A model generated the notes under the pieces. It had not been told where the DNA came from, did not search any database, and was given only the letters and a program-made list of their open reading frames with translations. From the NCBI GenBank assembly GCA_036479435.1, contig JAZGFI010000017.1:1-64000 (forward strand): a stretch of 64,000 bases of DNA, read 5' to 3'. Position 1 is the stretch's first letter. The number at the start of each line of letters is the position of its first letter. Source of the DNA: Planctomycetota bacterium. Lineage in GTDB: Bacteria; Planctomycetota; GCA-002687715; DRQF01. Positions 49,007 to 58,705 of the stretch are shown here, piece after piece. Made by a program: the position numbers and the translations under genes.

Positions 49007-50215
49007 ATGCCAATGATCTCGACTTCACTGTTGCCCCCTTTACGGGTCACCCGAATCGTCGTCGGCTGTGTTCTTGCGACCTTGGCTTGCGCCGTGTCGC
49101 TCTCAGCCCAAAGCCCGAGTCAAAAACCGCAGCAGTTTGCGGTGCGCGCGAAGCGCATCGTCACTGGTGCCGGTCCCGACATCATCGACGGCGTCATCTT
49201 GATTGAAAAGGGCAAGATCAAAGCCCTGGGCCAAAAGCTTGAGGTGCCCAAAGGCTGGAAAGTCATCGATCACCGCGATCGGGTGCTGATCCCTGGGATG
49301 ATCGATATGGCCTCCCGGGCGGGCGCACCAAAAGACTTGCGCGAATCCGCGGTCGCCGTCGACTCCAGAACTTGCGCGCTAGACGCGGTGGCATTGGATC
49401 ACCGCGATTTCGCGATGCTGTGCGAAGCGGGAATTACCGCGGTTGGCGTTTTGCCCGAGCGTCGCAACGCCTACAGCGGTCAAGGATGTGTGCTCAAGAC
49501 GGGATCGGCGTACCAAAAGCGAGTCGTTGAGGTGCACGGTCCGGTGATGATGACTCTTGATGCATCCGCCTACAGCCGGTTGCGAATGCCAGCGTCCTAC
49601 ATCGGGCTCATCAAGCTGCATCGCCTTATCCTGGAGACCGCGAAGGGCGGCCGCGCCGGTCCGTCCTTGGTGGGCCTAGCGAGAGGTAAACGCAAGGGCG
49701 TTTTGTACGCGCGCACCGAGCAGGCACTCAAGGACAGTCTTAAACTCAAGCGCAGATTTGATCTCGACATCACCTTGATGGCTGCCAATGCGATCCGCCG
49801 CGTGGTGGATGAGTTTGCCAACTCCGGAATGCGTGTGGCCCTACTGACGCCGACTTTTCGGAGCGGCAAGCGCAGGTTGACTTTGCCCGCGCTACTCGAG
49901 AAGAAGGGGATTCAGGTCGTCTTCTACGCGGACACTCCGAATCTTGCGCCCGCAGGCCTAAGGCTGGGGGCCGCGCTCGCGGCGCAGAACGGCCTGGGGC
50001 GTCGTGCGGCGCTTGCCTCGATCACCTCCGGGCCGGCGGAAGCGCTCGGCGTCGCCGCTCGCATCGGCAGTCTGGCTGTCGGCAAAGATGCGGACTTCGT
50101 CGTACTGAGCGCCGACCCCTTCGATTTTTCTGCCGCGGTCATCGAGACCTGGGTGGACGGTCGTCGTGAATACCGCAAGAAACCTAACGCGAAGAAGAAG
50201 GAGCTCGCGCCATGA
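49007..50215 (+). CDS. Secreted amidohydrolase-fold protein 2, HxH lost
   Basis: Signal peptide LSA|Q, PGMIDMASR and IGSLAVGKDADFVV. Start moved to ATG 49007. Confidence 0.85.
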   Translation: MPMISTSLLPPLRVTRIVVGCVLATLACAVSLSAQSPSQKPQQFAVRAKRIVTGAGPDIIDGVILIEKGKIKALGQKLEVPKGWKVIDHRDRVLIPGMIDMASRAGAPKDLRESAVAVDSRTCALDAVALDHRDFAMLCEAGITAVGVLPERRNAYSGQGCVLKTGSAYQKRVVEVHGPVMMTLDASAYSRLRMPASYIGLIKLHRLILETAKGGRAGPSLVGLARGKRKGVLYARTEQALKDSLKLKRRFDLDITLMAANAIRRVVDEFANSGMRVALLTPTFRSGKRRLTLPALLEKKGIQVVFYADTPNLAPAGLRLGAALAAQNGLGRRAALASITSGPAEALGVAARIGSLAVGKDADFVVLSADPFDFSAAVIETWVDGRREYRKKPNAKKKELAP

Positions 50216-51483
50216 GGCTCGGCCAACTCGCCGCTATGATGACCACTCTTGTTTTGTGGTCGGCTCTTTCCAGTCTCCTCGGCGCCCAGCAGACCCTGGC
50301 GATCAGCGCCGAAAAAATCTACGTCGGGGACGGGACGATCATCGAGAAGGGCGTCATCATTGTCAGTGGCGGCAAGATCCTTGCGATCGGGCCGGGATCT
50401 CAGATTGAGATCCCACGCGGCACGCGACGCCTTCGGGTTCGAGGCAGCGTGACACCAGGTTTCATTGATGCCGCCGCCGATGCTCTGCTGGGGGCGTCAA
50501 AAGACGAACAATCGTCAGAAGTAACGCCTGAAGGACGCGCCATTGACGGCTTGGATTTCGGTTCGTTGTTGATGAAGCGGCTGGCTCGTGAAGGCGTGAC
50601 CACGGTCTACGCGACCGCCGGAAATTCCGCGGTCATCACGGCGCAAGGTGCCACAGTTAAGACCGGGACGGGCGACGTTCAGAACCGTATCCTGACTCGT
50701 GATGGGGCGCCGAAGCTGGTACTCATATCGGGGCCGGAAAGGGGCAACGCTCGACCCCGAAACCCCGCTGGCATTAGCGATTTCACTCGCCTCCCCTTGG
50801 GGCGAATGGGCGGCATTTTCGTGGCACGAAGCGCTCTCGGTCAGGCAAAAGATCGGCTTCGGATCGCGAAGGCTGGCGGCAAAGTCGCCAAGAACGCGGC
50901 CTTTGATGTGCTCGGCGAAGTCTTGTCCGGCAAGCGACGCATGCGGGTTTTGGCGCGACGTCAAAACGAAGTCTCGACGGCTTCGAGGCTCGCTAAAGAG
51001 TTCGGGTTTTCCTACGTCATCGAGCAGGGCAACGAAGCCTACAAGAACATCCGGGAGCTAAAGCGCGACCACGCGGCGGTCATTTACGGTCCCATGAGAT
51101 CTTCGAGCCCCTCGATGGCCGGAGTCTCGCGACAATTACGACGCTTTTTCACTGATCCCAACTTGAACAAGATACTCTCGACCCCCCGCGTCCTCATCGA
51201 TGCGAAGATCCCTACCGCGTTGACCGCGGGAGGGAATACGGGAGAGTACGGCCTCGCGCGGCAAGCGATGCTTGCGATGCGTTGCGGTCTTTCGCGCGCC
51301 GAGGCTTTAGCGGCGGTGACCACGGTCCCAGCCCAGTTGCTCGGGGTCCAGGACCGAGTGGGAACTTTAAAAGTGGGGCGCGACGCCGACCTGATCGTGT
51401 GGTCTGGCGAGCCTCTTGATGCCACCAGTATTCAAAGCCACGTCTTTATTGGCGGGCGTCGTGTTGCGGGGAAAGTCTTTTGA
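50212..51483 (+). CDS. Secreted amidohydrolase-fold protein 3, HxH lost
   Basis: Signal peptide LGA|Q, PGFIDAAAD and VGTLKVGRDADLIVWSGEP. Confidence 0.85.
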   Translation: MRLGQLAAMMTTLVLWSALSSLLGAQQTLAISAEKIYVGDGTIIEKGVIIVSGGKILAIGPGSQIEIPRGTRRLRVRGSVTPGFIDAAADALLGASKDEQSSEVTPEGRAIDGLDFGSLLMKRLAREGVTTVYATAGNSAVITAQGATVKTGTGDVQNRILTRDGAPKLVLISGPERGNARPRNPAGISDFTRLPLGRMGGIFVARSALGQAKDRLRIAKAGGKVAKNAAFDVLGEVLSGKRRMRVLARRQNEVSTASRLAKEFGFSYVIEQGNEAYKNIRELKRDHAAVIYGPMRSSSPSMAGVSRQLRRFFTDPNLNKILSTPRVLIDAKIPTALTAGGNTGEYGLARQAMLAMRCGLSRAEALAAVTTVPAQLLGVQDRVGTLKVGRDADLIVWSGEPLDATSIQSHVFIGGRRVAGKVF

Positions 51484-51533
51484 ATTTCCGCAACTCACCA
51501 TTAGCACAAGCGAACCCATCCACGGGAGTTTCG

Positions 51534-53024
51534 ATGATGATCCGGCTTTTCGCGACCACGGCGGTGTTGGTCTTAGCAGTTTGCACCACAACGTGGGCTC
51601 AGTTCACGGATAAGGTCCTCATTGAAGGGGCCAAGATCATTCCTGTCGTCGGCGATGTCATCGAGAAGGGCAACATCCTGATCGAAAACGGCAAGATCGT
51701 CGCCGTCGGAGTTGACGTTAAGGCGCCTTTTGATGCCAAGGTCATCGACGCTAGCGGGAAGACCGTCTTTCCGGGCATGATCGATCCCTATACATCTAGC
51801 GGCCTCGACATTCCCAACGAAAGCGTGCCGGTGGCGTCATTCGTCCGCGTTGCGGACGCGATCGACCCTTCGGCTCGCTACTTCGAGAATGCCCTGCGCG
51901 GTGGTTTGACCTCAATCCACATCGCACAGGGCGCGAATGCGGTCATTAGCGGCGTGACGCGCGTCGTGCGGCCCATCGGTATGATGGTCAGCGAGATTAC
52001 CGTTGAAGCCGAAGGCGGACTCGGCATTGTTTTCTCGGCGGCGGGAGGGCGCGACGTCGCGGGCCAGCTCGCGACCTTGCGCGGCACTTTTCGCAGTTTT
52101 GACCGCTACCTGAAACGTTTGGCGGAAAAACTCTACGAAGAGGAACAGAAAAAAGACGGCGGCGAAGTTCGAGTCGGGCCGAAAGAAGCGCGCAAACTCG
52201 GCGCGAAGTTGATCAAGCCGAGCAAGATCGAGGATCGCTACCGTAACCTCTGGCGCATTCGGCATGGTGAGCTCGATGTCTATGCCCATTGCTCGCGAGC
52301 CATGGATGTTCAGACGGCTTTGGATTTCGCCAAGGCTCAGGGATTTGCGGATAACATGACGATCGTGCTCGGTTCGGAAACTTTCAAGGCTGTGCGTCGC
52401 CTGAAGAAGCTCTCTCGTCCGGTCATCTTATCCAAGAGTCAGTTCGTTCACCGTGAAGCCGATCGAATGACACAGGAGCCGATCGACACCTTCGTTCCCG
52501 ATGTGCTGATGAAAAACGGAATTGAGTTCGCGATCGCCGGTAGTGAAGAACCCTGGTACGAAGCGGCCCGATTGGTCCGCAACGGGATTCCTCGCCAAAA
52601 AGCTCTTGAGGCGATCACTCTCAATGCCGCGAAAGCCATCGGCCTGGGAGCACGCTTGGGCTCGATAGAGCCGGGCAAGGACGGAAACATCCTGATTCTC
52701 AGCGGCGACCCTCTCGACACGATGACTTGGGTCGAACACGTTTTCATCGAAGGGCGCCACGTTTACGACAACAAAAAGGACCTTCGATTGCGCCACCTTT
52801 TGCAAGGAGCCTTTGACACGAAGTTGGCCGCAGACAAGAAATCGGCGGCGGCGCTCGAGGCCAAAAATGCCAGGGCTGACAAGGAAGCCAAGGCAAAGAC
52901 CGACGAAAAATCTAAGGCAAGCAAAGGCGACAAGCCCGCTAAGAGTGACGAGAAGTCCAAGGCCGATTCGAAACCGTCTGACGCCAAGAAGTCACCGGCT
53001 CCTGCCGGTGGCTCGAAGAACTAG
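51534..53024 (+). CDS. Secreted amidohydrolase-fold protein 4, HxH lost, Lys/Asp/Ala-rich tail
   Basis: Signal peptide TWA|Q, PGMIDPYTS and LGSIEPGKDGNILILSGDP. Start moved to ATG 51534 (GGGAG). Confidence 0.85.
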   Translation: MMIRLFATTAVLVLAVCTTTWAQFTDKVLIEGAKIIPVVGDVIEKGNILIENGKIVAVGVDVKAPFDAKVIDASGKTVFPGMIDPYTSSGLDIPNESVPVASFVRVADAIDPSARYFENALRGGLTSIHIAQGANAVISGVTRVVRPIGMMVSEITVEAEGGLGIVFSAAGGRDVAGQLATLRGTFRSFDRYLKRLAEKLYEEEQKKDGGEVRVGPKEARKLGAKLIKPSKIEDRYRNLWRIRHGELDVYAHCSRAMDVQTALDFAKAQGFADNMTIVLGSETFKAVRRLKKLSRPVILSKSQFVHREADRMTQEPIDTFVPDVLMKNGIEFAIAGSEEPWYEAARLVRNGIPRQKALEAITLNAAKAIGLGARLGSIEPGKDGNILILSGDPLDTMTWVEHVFIEGRHVYDNKKDLRLRHLLQGAFDTKLAADKKSAAALEAKNARADKEAKAKTDEKSKASKGDKPAKSDEKSKADSKPSDAKKSPAPAGGSKN

Positions 53025-53036
53025 GAGCGCCCTGCG

Positions 53037-55859
53037 ATGTTAAAGGCAAGCTCCTGGATGATGGTGCTGTGTGCCATCGCGCTTCTCTGGCCGGTCGAGT
53101 TCGGAAGCGCAGCGCAAGCTGGCGACGATGAAACGGGCCGCCCGGCGCAAGACTACGCCGTGCGTGCGCGTCGGATTTACGTCTTGGACAAAGTTGACTA
53201 CCTCGAAGACGCTTGGATGATCATTCGCGGTGGCAAGATCGATTCTTTAGGCACCGGCGCGATTCCTGACGCTGATTTGCCGGTGGTTGATTTTCGGGGG
53301 GCGAGTTTGCTCCCGGGATTGGTTTCGACGGAAAGCCGGATTTTCGTCGGTGCCGATGCCACGGGGATGGGTGCCCGTTATGTCGCGGCCGACAAGTTCA
53401 ATCCCTACGCAAATTTTCAGGCGAGTTGGCGACACGGCGTCACCACGGCTCGCCTCACTTCGCCCGGCCGACGTTTTGTCTCCGGTATCGGTTCCGTCGT
53501 GCGATTCGGCGCGAATGCCGAGGATTCAACGGTTCTGGTTCGCCAGGCTGATTTGACGGTGAACTTCAATGACGAAGCGGGGCGCGGCGAGAGCCCTGAT
53601 GCCGAACTCGTAACGCCGAGTTCGATGGACGTTCCTTACCGGCCCGCCGAACGTCGTCGCCCCGAGACACGCCTCGGCCGCATCTTGGCACTCGAGACGC
53701 TCCTGCGTGATGTACGGGTGGCGAAAAACCAAGACGAACCCAGCTTGAAGTTGTTGGCCTTGGGAGAATTCCTCGAGTCGGGACGCCCGTTTCGATTCGA
53801 TGCCGAGCGCCGTGGCGATATTTTGCAGGCGCTCGAGGCAGCCAAAAGAAACGGTTTGCCGATCTATCTCGCCGGTGCCACCGAAGCTCATGCTTTGGTG
53901 GACGAGATCGCCGCCGCAAAAATCTCGGTTGTTGTCGACTTTGACAATGCGCTTCCCGATCCGAGCTTCAATGGTTTTGACCCGGTAACGCCCATCATTG
54001 AGGACGACCGTACCGCCGCCGTTTTGGAGAACCGCGGGGTGCGCGTCATCATTGGCGGCCACAGTGACGACTTGCTCATGAGTGCGGCGCTCGCCGTCAA
54101 AGGCGGCATGACCGAAGGGGCCGCTCTGCGGGCCGTCACCGCACGTCCCGCGGACTTGTTGGGAGTTGGAGACCGCGTTGGTCGCCTCAAAGCGGGCATG
54201 GACGCCGATTTTGTGGTCATCAATGGTGACCCCTTGGGCACAAGTTCACGCGTTCAGCAGGCCTGGGTACTCGGTTCGCAGGCTTGGAGTTTGGCGGCCG
54301 TCGACAAGATGCCCGAGGCCGTGGTGGTTCGGGCCGGGAAGATCTATGACGGCAAGGGTGGCGTTTATTTGGACGCCGAAGTGTTGATTGAAGACGGCAA
54401 GGTTGTGGCTGTCGGACATCGAGTGCAGCGACCGGCCTACGCTCGCATGCACGACGCTGGCCCCGAGGCCGTGATCACTCCGGGATTCATTGATATCCAC
54501 AGCACCCTTGGACTTGAAGGCGACAGCAGTACGGTCAAATCAGACCAAAATCTGAGCAAGTTGTTTTCAAGGGCTCGCCCAGAGTTTGCGGCCGTCGCGC
54601 GCGCCGGGATCACGACCGCCGTCGTCGCACCGGGGAAGGGATCGTCCAGCGGCTCACCGATCATCGCCATCAAGACCCAGGGAAAAAACCGCAAGGAGCT
54701 GATTTCGAAAGCTGCCGCCGGAGTGAAGCTTACCGTGAGAGGAAGCGGCGCCAGCGTGTTGAAGAGTCTGGAGTCGACACTGAACTCAGCTGACAACTAC
54801 CACAAAAAGTGGCTCAAGTACGAAGCAGAGTTGGCCGCTTTCGAAGCCGCGAAGAAGAACGGCAAGCTGCCGAAGGCCGCAGCTCCCAAAGGCAAAACTC
54901 CTCCCAAAGTCAGCCCCAAGCCCAGCGCAGAGGCCAGCGACGCTTTGAGCGGCACCTGGGAAGCGACTCTCAGCGGAGGGCCCATGGGCGAGCCGATGAA
55001 GCTCACGATGCGCCTCGCCTTAGAAGGGACTGACTTTACTGGCACGGTTACCGACCCCTTCGGTGGCAGCCAGGACGCGCCCATTACGGGTACCTTTGAT
55101 GGGACGACGTTCGAAGCAAAAGTCGAGCCCGAAGATGCGCCCTTCGAAAACGTTCGCGTCACCGCGAAAATGACGGAGCCTGAAGTGCTGAAAGGTAGCG
55201 TTGATGTCGATGGCATTTTCGAGATCGATCTCAGCGCAAAACGGACCTCCAAGGGCAAACCCAAGATCACCGTAAAGCGAGCGGTCACGGCTGTCGCTAG
55301 CGGACCAAAAGGCCCGAAGAAACCGAAGTACAGCGCGCGATTCGAGCCCTTTCGCAAAGTCCTCAGTGGCAAAGCGGGGATCATGGTCGCGGCAACCGGA
55401 GCCGAAGCTGTCGGTGCCGTGGTGCAGGCCTTTGGCAAACGTAAGTTGCCGGTCGTGATCCTCGGCGGGGCAGGGGCACACGAAGTGCTGGATAAGATCG
55501 ATGGTAACTCGGTTGGCATCGCGATCTGGCGCCAGTACACCCGCCAGGATAAGGCCCGCAATATCTTAATCCCCGACGAACTCGATCGCGCTGGCGTTTC
55601 GCCCTTGTTCCAGAGCAACGGCTCTTGGGGAGCGTCTCGATTGCCGCGTTTCGTTCGCGCGGCGGTGCGGGAGGGACTCAATCCTGAAACGGCGTTGCGG
55701 TCTTTGACCTACGACGCGGCCCGTTTGATGCGCATGGACGATTCGGTCGGTTCTCTCAGTCGAGGATGCGATGGTGACTTGTTGATATTCGACGGCGAGC
55801 CTTTTGACGCTCGTACCAGCTTGGTCGAAGTCTTGATTCGTGGAAAGGAAGTCCAATGA
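53037..55859 (+). CDS. Secreted tandem double amidohydrolase-fold protein 5, degenerate, with inserted beta domain
   Basis: Domain A has PGLVSTESR...GRLKAGMDAD. Domain B has PGFIDIHST...GSLSRGCDGD with the insert DALSGTWEATLSGG. Confidence 0.85.
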   Translation: MLKASSWMMVLCAIALLWPVEFGSAAQAGDDETGRPAQDYAVRARRIYVLDKVDYLEDAWMIIRGGKIDSLGTGAIPDADLPVVDFRGASLLPGLVSTESRIFVGADATGMGARYVAADKFNPYANFQASWRHGVTTARLTSPGRRFVSGIGSVVRFGANAEDSTVLVRQADLTVNFNDEAGRGESPDAELVTPSSMDVPYRPAERRRPETRLGRILALETLLRDVRVAKNQDEPSLKLLALGEFLESGRPFRFDAERRGDILQALEAAKRNGLPIYLAGATEAHALVDEIAAAKISVVVDFDNALPDPSFNGFDPVTPIIEDDRTAAVLENRGVRVIIGGHSDDLLMSAALAVKGGMTEGAALRAVTARPADLLGVGDRVGRLKAGMDADFVVINGDPLGTSSRVQQAWVLGSQAWSLAAVDKMPEAVVVRAGKIYDGKGGVYLDAEVLIEDGKVVAVGHRVQRPAYARMHDAGPEAVITPGFIDIHSTLGLEGDSSTVKSDQNLSKLFSRARPEFAAVARAGITTAVVAPGKGSSSGSPIIAIKTQGKNRKELISKAAAGVKLTVRGSGASVLKSLESTLNSADNYHKKWLKYEAELAAFEAAKKNGKLPKAAAPKGKTPPKVSPKPSAEASDALSGTWEATLSGGPMGEPMKLTMRLALEGTDFTGTVTDPFGGSQDAPITGTFDGTTFEAKVEPEDAPFENVRVTAKMTEPEVLKGSVDVDGIFEIDLSAKRTSKGKPKITVKRAVTAVASGPKGPKKPKYSARFEPFRKVLSGKAGIMVAATGAEAVGAVVQAFGKRKLPVVILGGAGAHEVLDKIDGNSVGIAIWRQYTRQDKARNILIPDELDRAGVSPLFQSNGSWGASRLPRFVRAAVREGLNPETALRSLTYDAARLMRMDDSVGSLSRGCDGDLLIFDGEPFDARTSLVEVLIRGKEVQ

Positions 55860-57112
55860 TCGCACGCCCGATTGGATCACCCCTCATCGCTCTTGTCGCG
55901 GCCCTAGTCTTTGTGCTCGCGTTTGCGTCGCCAGGTATGGCGCAGGAGAAGCTGGCGCTAATGGCCGGCAAAGTCCTGACGATGGACGAAAAGGACACGG
56001 TCTTAAACAACGTCATCGTCTTTTTGAAGGACAGAAAGATCGAGAAGATCATCCCTCAGCGTGGAGCCGTGATCCCCGCTGACTACCGGGTTATCGATCA
56101 CCGCGACAAGTGGCTCGTTCCGGGTCTTATCGATCCGCACAATCACACCTCGTCGGAGGAATTCGGCAGTCTCGTCGGTGAGTTCGGGTCGCTCACAAAT
56201 CCGGGCCTTCGCGCCTTGGATCTCGCCATGCCCCGAACTGAGAGCAACATTCGCTCTTTGGCCGGTGGTGTCACTACGGTGCTGTTGATTCCGGGTTCGG
56301 CGACGAACCTGGGTGGTTTTGGCGTCGTTGCACGTGTCGGCTGTTCCGAGATGGACGACTTTATCTTGAAGGAAATCGGATCGGTGAAGATCGCTCAGGC
56401 TGGCAACCCGGAGCGCTTTTACTTCCGCAAAGGTCGTAGTTACATGAACTACAACCTGCGCCAAACCTTGCAGAAGGCCAAAGACTATCACGAGGCTTGG
56501 AATCGTTTCGAAAGCAAAAAGTCGAAAACACAGCCCAAGTTCGACGCGCACTGGGAGTCTTTTCGAGGGCTCTTTCGACGGACTTTTCCGGCCAGCGTTC
56601 ACACTCAGATCTATCAGGTGGTGCACGCCTCTATCGCGATGCTGTCGGACGAGTTCGGCATCAAACTCATGATTGACCACGGCACTTTTGATGGCTACAA
56701 GCTCGGCAAGCAAGTTGCAGAGCGAGGTATTCACGCGATGATCGGGCCGCGCATGTGGTGGATGGACCCCGTGGATCGCACGATCAACGGAACGGCCGCC
56801 GGCTATTGGAAAAACGGTGTCAAGAAGATCGGATTGAACACCGACGCCGGAGTGTTGCCCCAAGAAGACCTTCCGATGCAAGGCGCGATGTCCGTGCGCT
56901 ACGGTTTCGACACCTACGCGGCGTTGAAGGGCATGACCTATTGGGCCGCAGATTCTCTGGGATTAGCCAATCGCATTGGCTCCCTGCAGCCCGGCTTTGA
57001 CGCGGACATCGTCGTGTGGTCGGGCAACCCTATCGATTTTCGTTCCAGCGTCGACAAGGTCTACGTTTTGGGAAGCGAAGTATACAACGCAGACGAACGG
57101 CGGATCTATTGA
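55856..57112 (+). CDS. Secreted amidohydrolase 6 with complete binuclear metal site
   Basis: Signal peptide GMA|Q, PGLIDPHNH, VKIAQAGNP (Lys), SVHTQ, IDHGT and NTDAG. Confidence 0.9.
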   Translation: MIARPIGSPLIALVAALVFVLAFASPGMAQEKLALMAGKVLTMDEKDTVLNNVIVFLKDRKIEKIIPQRGAVIPADYRVIDHRDKWLVPGLIDPHNHTSSEEFGSLVGEFGSLTNPGLRALDLAMPRTESNIRSLAGGVTTVLLIPGSATNLGGFGVVARVGCSEMDDFILKEIGSVKIAQAGNPERFYFRKGRSYMNYNLRQTLQKAKDYHEAWNRFESKKSKTQPKFDAHWESFRGLFRRTFPASVHTQIYQVVHASIAMLSDEFGIKLMIDHGTFDGYKLGKQVAERGIHAMIGPRMWWMDPVDRTINGTAAGYWKNGVKKIGLNTDAGVLPQEDLPMQGAMSVRYGFDTYAALKGMTYWAADSLGLANRIGSLQPGFDADIVVWSGNPIDFRSSVDKVYVLGSEVYNADERRIY

Positions 57113-57157
57113 GATGCCGTGGTACTGTGATCTGCAAACAATCACGCGGAGTATGTC

Positions 57158-58669
57158 GTGAGTAGATTGATTGTTGGGATGGTGGCCTTGGTCTTTGTGA
57201 TCGGCACCGCCTTTGAGTCTGGGGCTAGCAACCTTATGCAAGGACGGGCGGAGGTTGCGCACAGCATTCCGCTGGCCTTCGATGCCAATGCTGAGAGTGG
57301 CCGCACTGTCTTTGATGACGACATGGTCGTCGTCAAGGCTGGCAAAGTCATTACGCTCGCGGGTGAAGCCCTAAAAGACGTCACGATCGTCATCCGCAAC
57401 GGCAAGATCGAGGCCATTGGCGAGAACGTGGACTATCCCTTTGGGACCAAAGTCATCGACGCCACGGATCTCACGGTCATGCCGGGGATGATCAATCCCT
57501 TGTCGCGCCTGATTCGCAACGGATCAGGCGGGGGTGTGACGCCGAATCGTACCCAAGCTTCCAGCTTCCGGGGCAAGCCTGAGGATCTAGAGTCGATCGC
57601 CTACGCGGGCTACACCACGCTTGGAATCGTACCGCCTGGTTCGGGGATTCCCGGCCGCGTGATGGTGCTGAAGACGGGTGGTACGAGCCGCGAAGACCTT
57701 ATCGTTCAAAACGAGGGAGCGGTACTCGTCACTTTCAACAGCCCCGGCAACGACAAGAGCCGTATCCTGCGTGCCTTCAAGTCGGCGCAAGGTGAGCTCG
57801 ACAAGATCGAGAAGGCTCGCAAGGCTTTTGACGCGAAGAAGAAAAAGGGGTCGAAGAAGAAGCCGACCCCAAAACCGAGCCCTAGGCCAACACCAAAGCC
57901 GAAACCCAAGCCAACACCGAAGCCGACGCCGAAGCCCAAACCTGGTCCCACTCCAAAGCCCAAACCAGGCCCGAAGCCTAAGCCCAAAGGCGGTGCCTCG
58001 AGCGGGACTTTTAAGGCCCCCAAGATCAACCCCTTATACGCGCCCTTGGTGGACCTCATTCAAAAGAAAGAGGGTGCCACGGCCATCGTCGAGTTTGGAA
58101 TGAGTCCCTATATGGTCTGGGCACCGTCGACGTCAGCGAGTAGTTCGTTCCTCCATTGGGAGGAGATACCCAAGACCTATGATTTTCGACATGCCTATCG
58201 GATCCGGAACAGCGTGGTGAAGCGCAACAGCGCCTTCAACGTTCGCCCGGAATCGGACCTGCACTTGGTAGCCGAAAAACTCGGCAAGGAAAAAGCTCTC
58301 ATCGCGATCTTCCCGGTGACGAATCACTTTCCCTACACCAAGGACAAGTTCAACCTCGGCCTGTTGCTGCATAGCAAGGGCTGTCGGGTGGTCTTCTTGC
58401 CTGAGATGGAAACTTGGAGTTCGTATGCGGCGATGCGTGAGAACATCGCACGTATGGTTCGGAATGGATTTCCGCGCGACGAAATCTTGAAGACTGTAAC
58501 TTTGCACGCGGCAGAGATGTTGGGTCTCGAAAAGCGCCTCGGTTCGATCGAAGTCGGCAAGGACGCCAACTTGCTGTTCTTGACGGGTGACCCCCTCGAT
58601 TTCAACTCGACGGTCGCGAAGGTCATGGTCGAAGGCAAGATCGTAAAAACGAAAGCGCGCTTGCGCTAG
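57158..58669 (+). CDS. Secreted amidohydrolase-fold protein 7, HxH lost, Pro-Lys/Thr repeat insert
   Basis: Signal peptide, PGMINPLSR, KPTPKPSPRPTPKPKP... and LGSIEVGKDANLLFLTGDP. Confidence 0.85.
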   Translation: MSRLIVGMVALVFVIGTAFESGASNLMQGRAEVAHSIPLAFDANAESGRTVFDDDMVVVKAGKVITLAGEALKDVTIVIRNGKIEAIGENVDYPFGTKVIDATDLTVMPGMINPLSRLIRNGSGGGVTPNRTQASSFRGKPEDLESIAYAGYTTLGIVPPGSGIPGRVMVLKTGGTSREDLIVQNEGAVLVTFNSPGNDKSRILRAFKSAQGELDKIEKARKAFDAKKKKGSKKKPTPKPSPRPTPKPKPKPTPKPTPKPKPGPTPKPKPGPKPKPKGGASSGTFKAPKINPLYAPLVDLIQKKEGATAIVEFGMSPYMVWAPSTSASSSFLHWEEIPKTYDFRHAYRIRNSVVKRNSAFNVRPESDLHLVAEKLGKEKALIAIFPVTNHFPYTKDKFNLGLLLHSKGCRVVFLPEMETWSSYAAMRENIARMVRNGFPRDEILKTVTLHAAEMLGLEKRLGSIEVGKDANLLFLTGDPLDFNSTVAKVMVEGKIVKTKARLR

Positions 58670-58705
58670 GCGTTGGCCTCGATGGCTAGACGCAAACAGG
58701 AGCTA

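Noticed and set aside
57706..58059. GFGVG-repeat elastin-like ORF on the minus strand
   Set aside because: It is the reverse-complement reading of the Pro-Lys/Thr insert of amidohydrolase 7.
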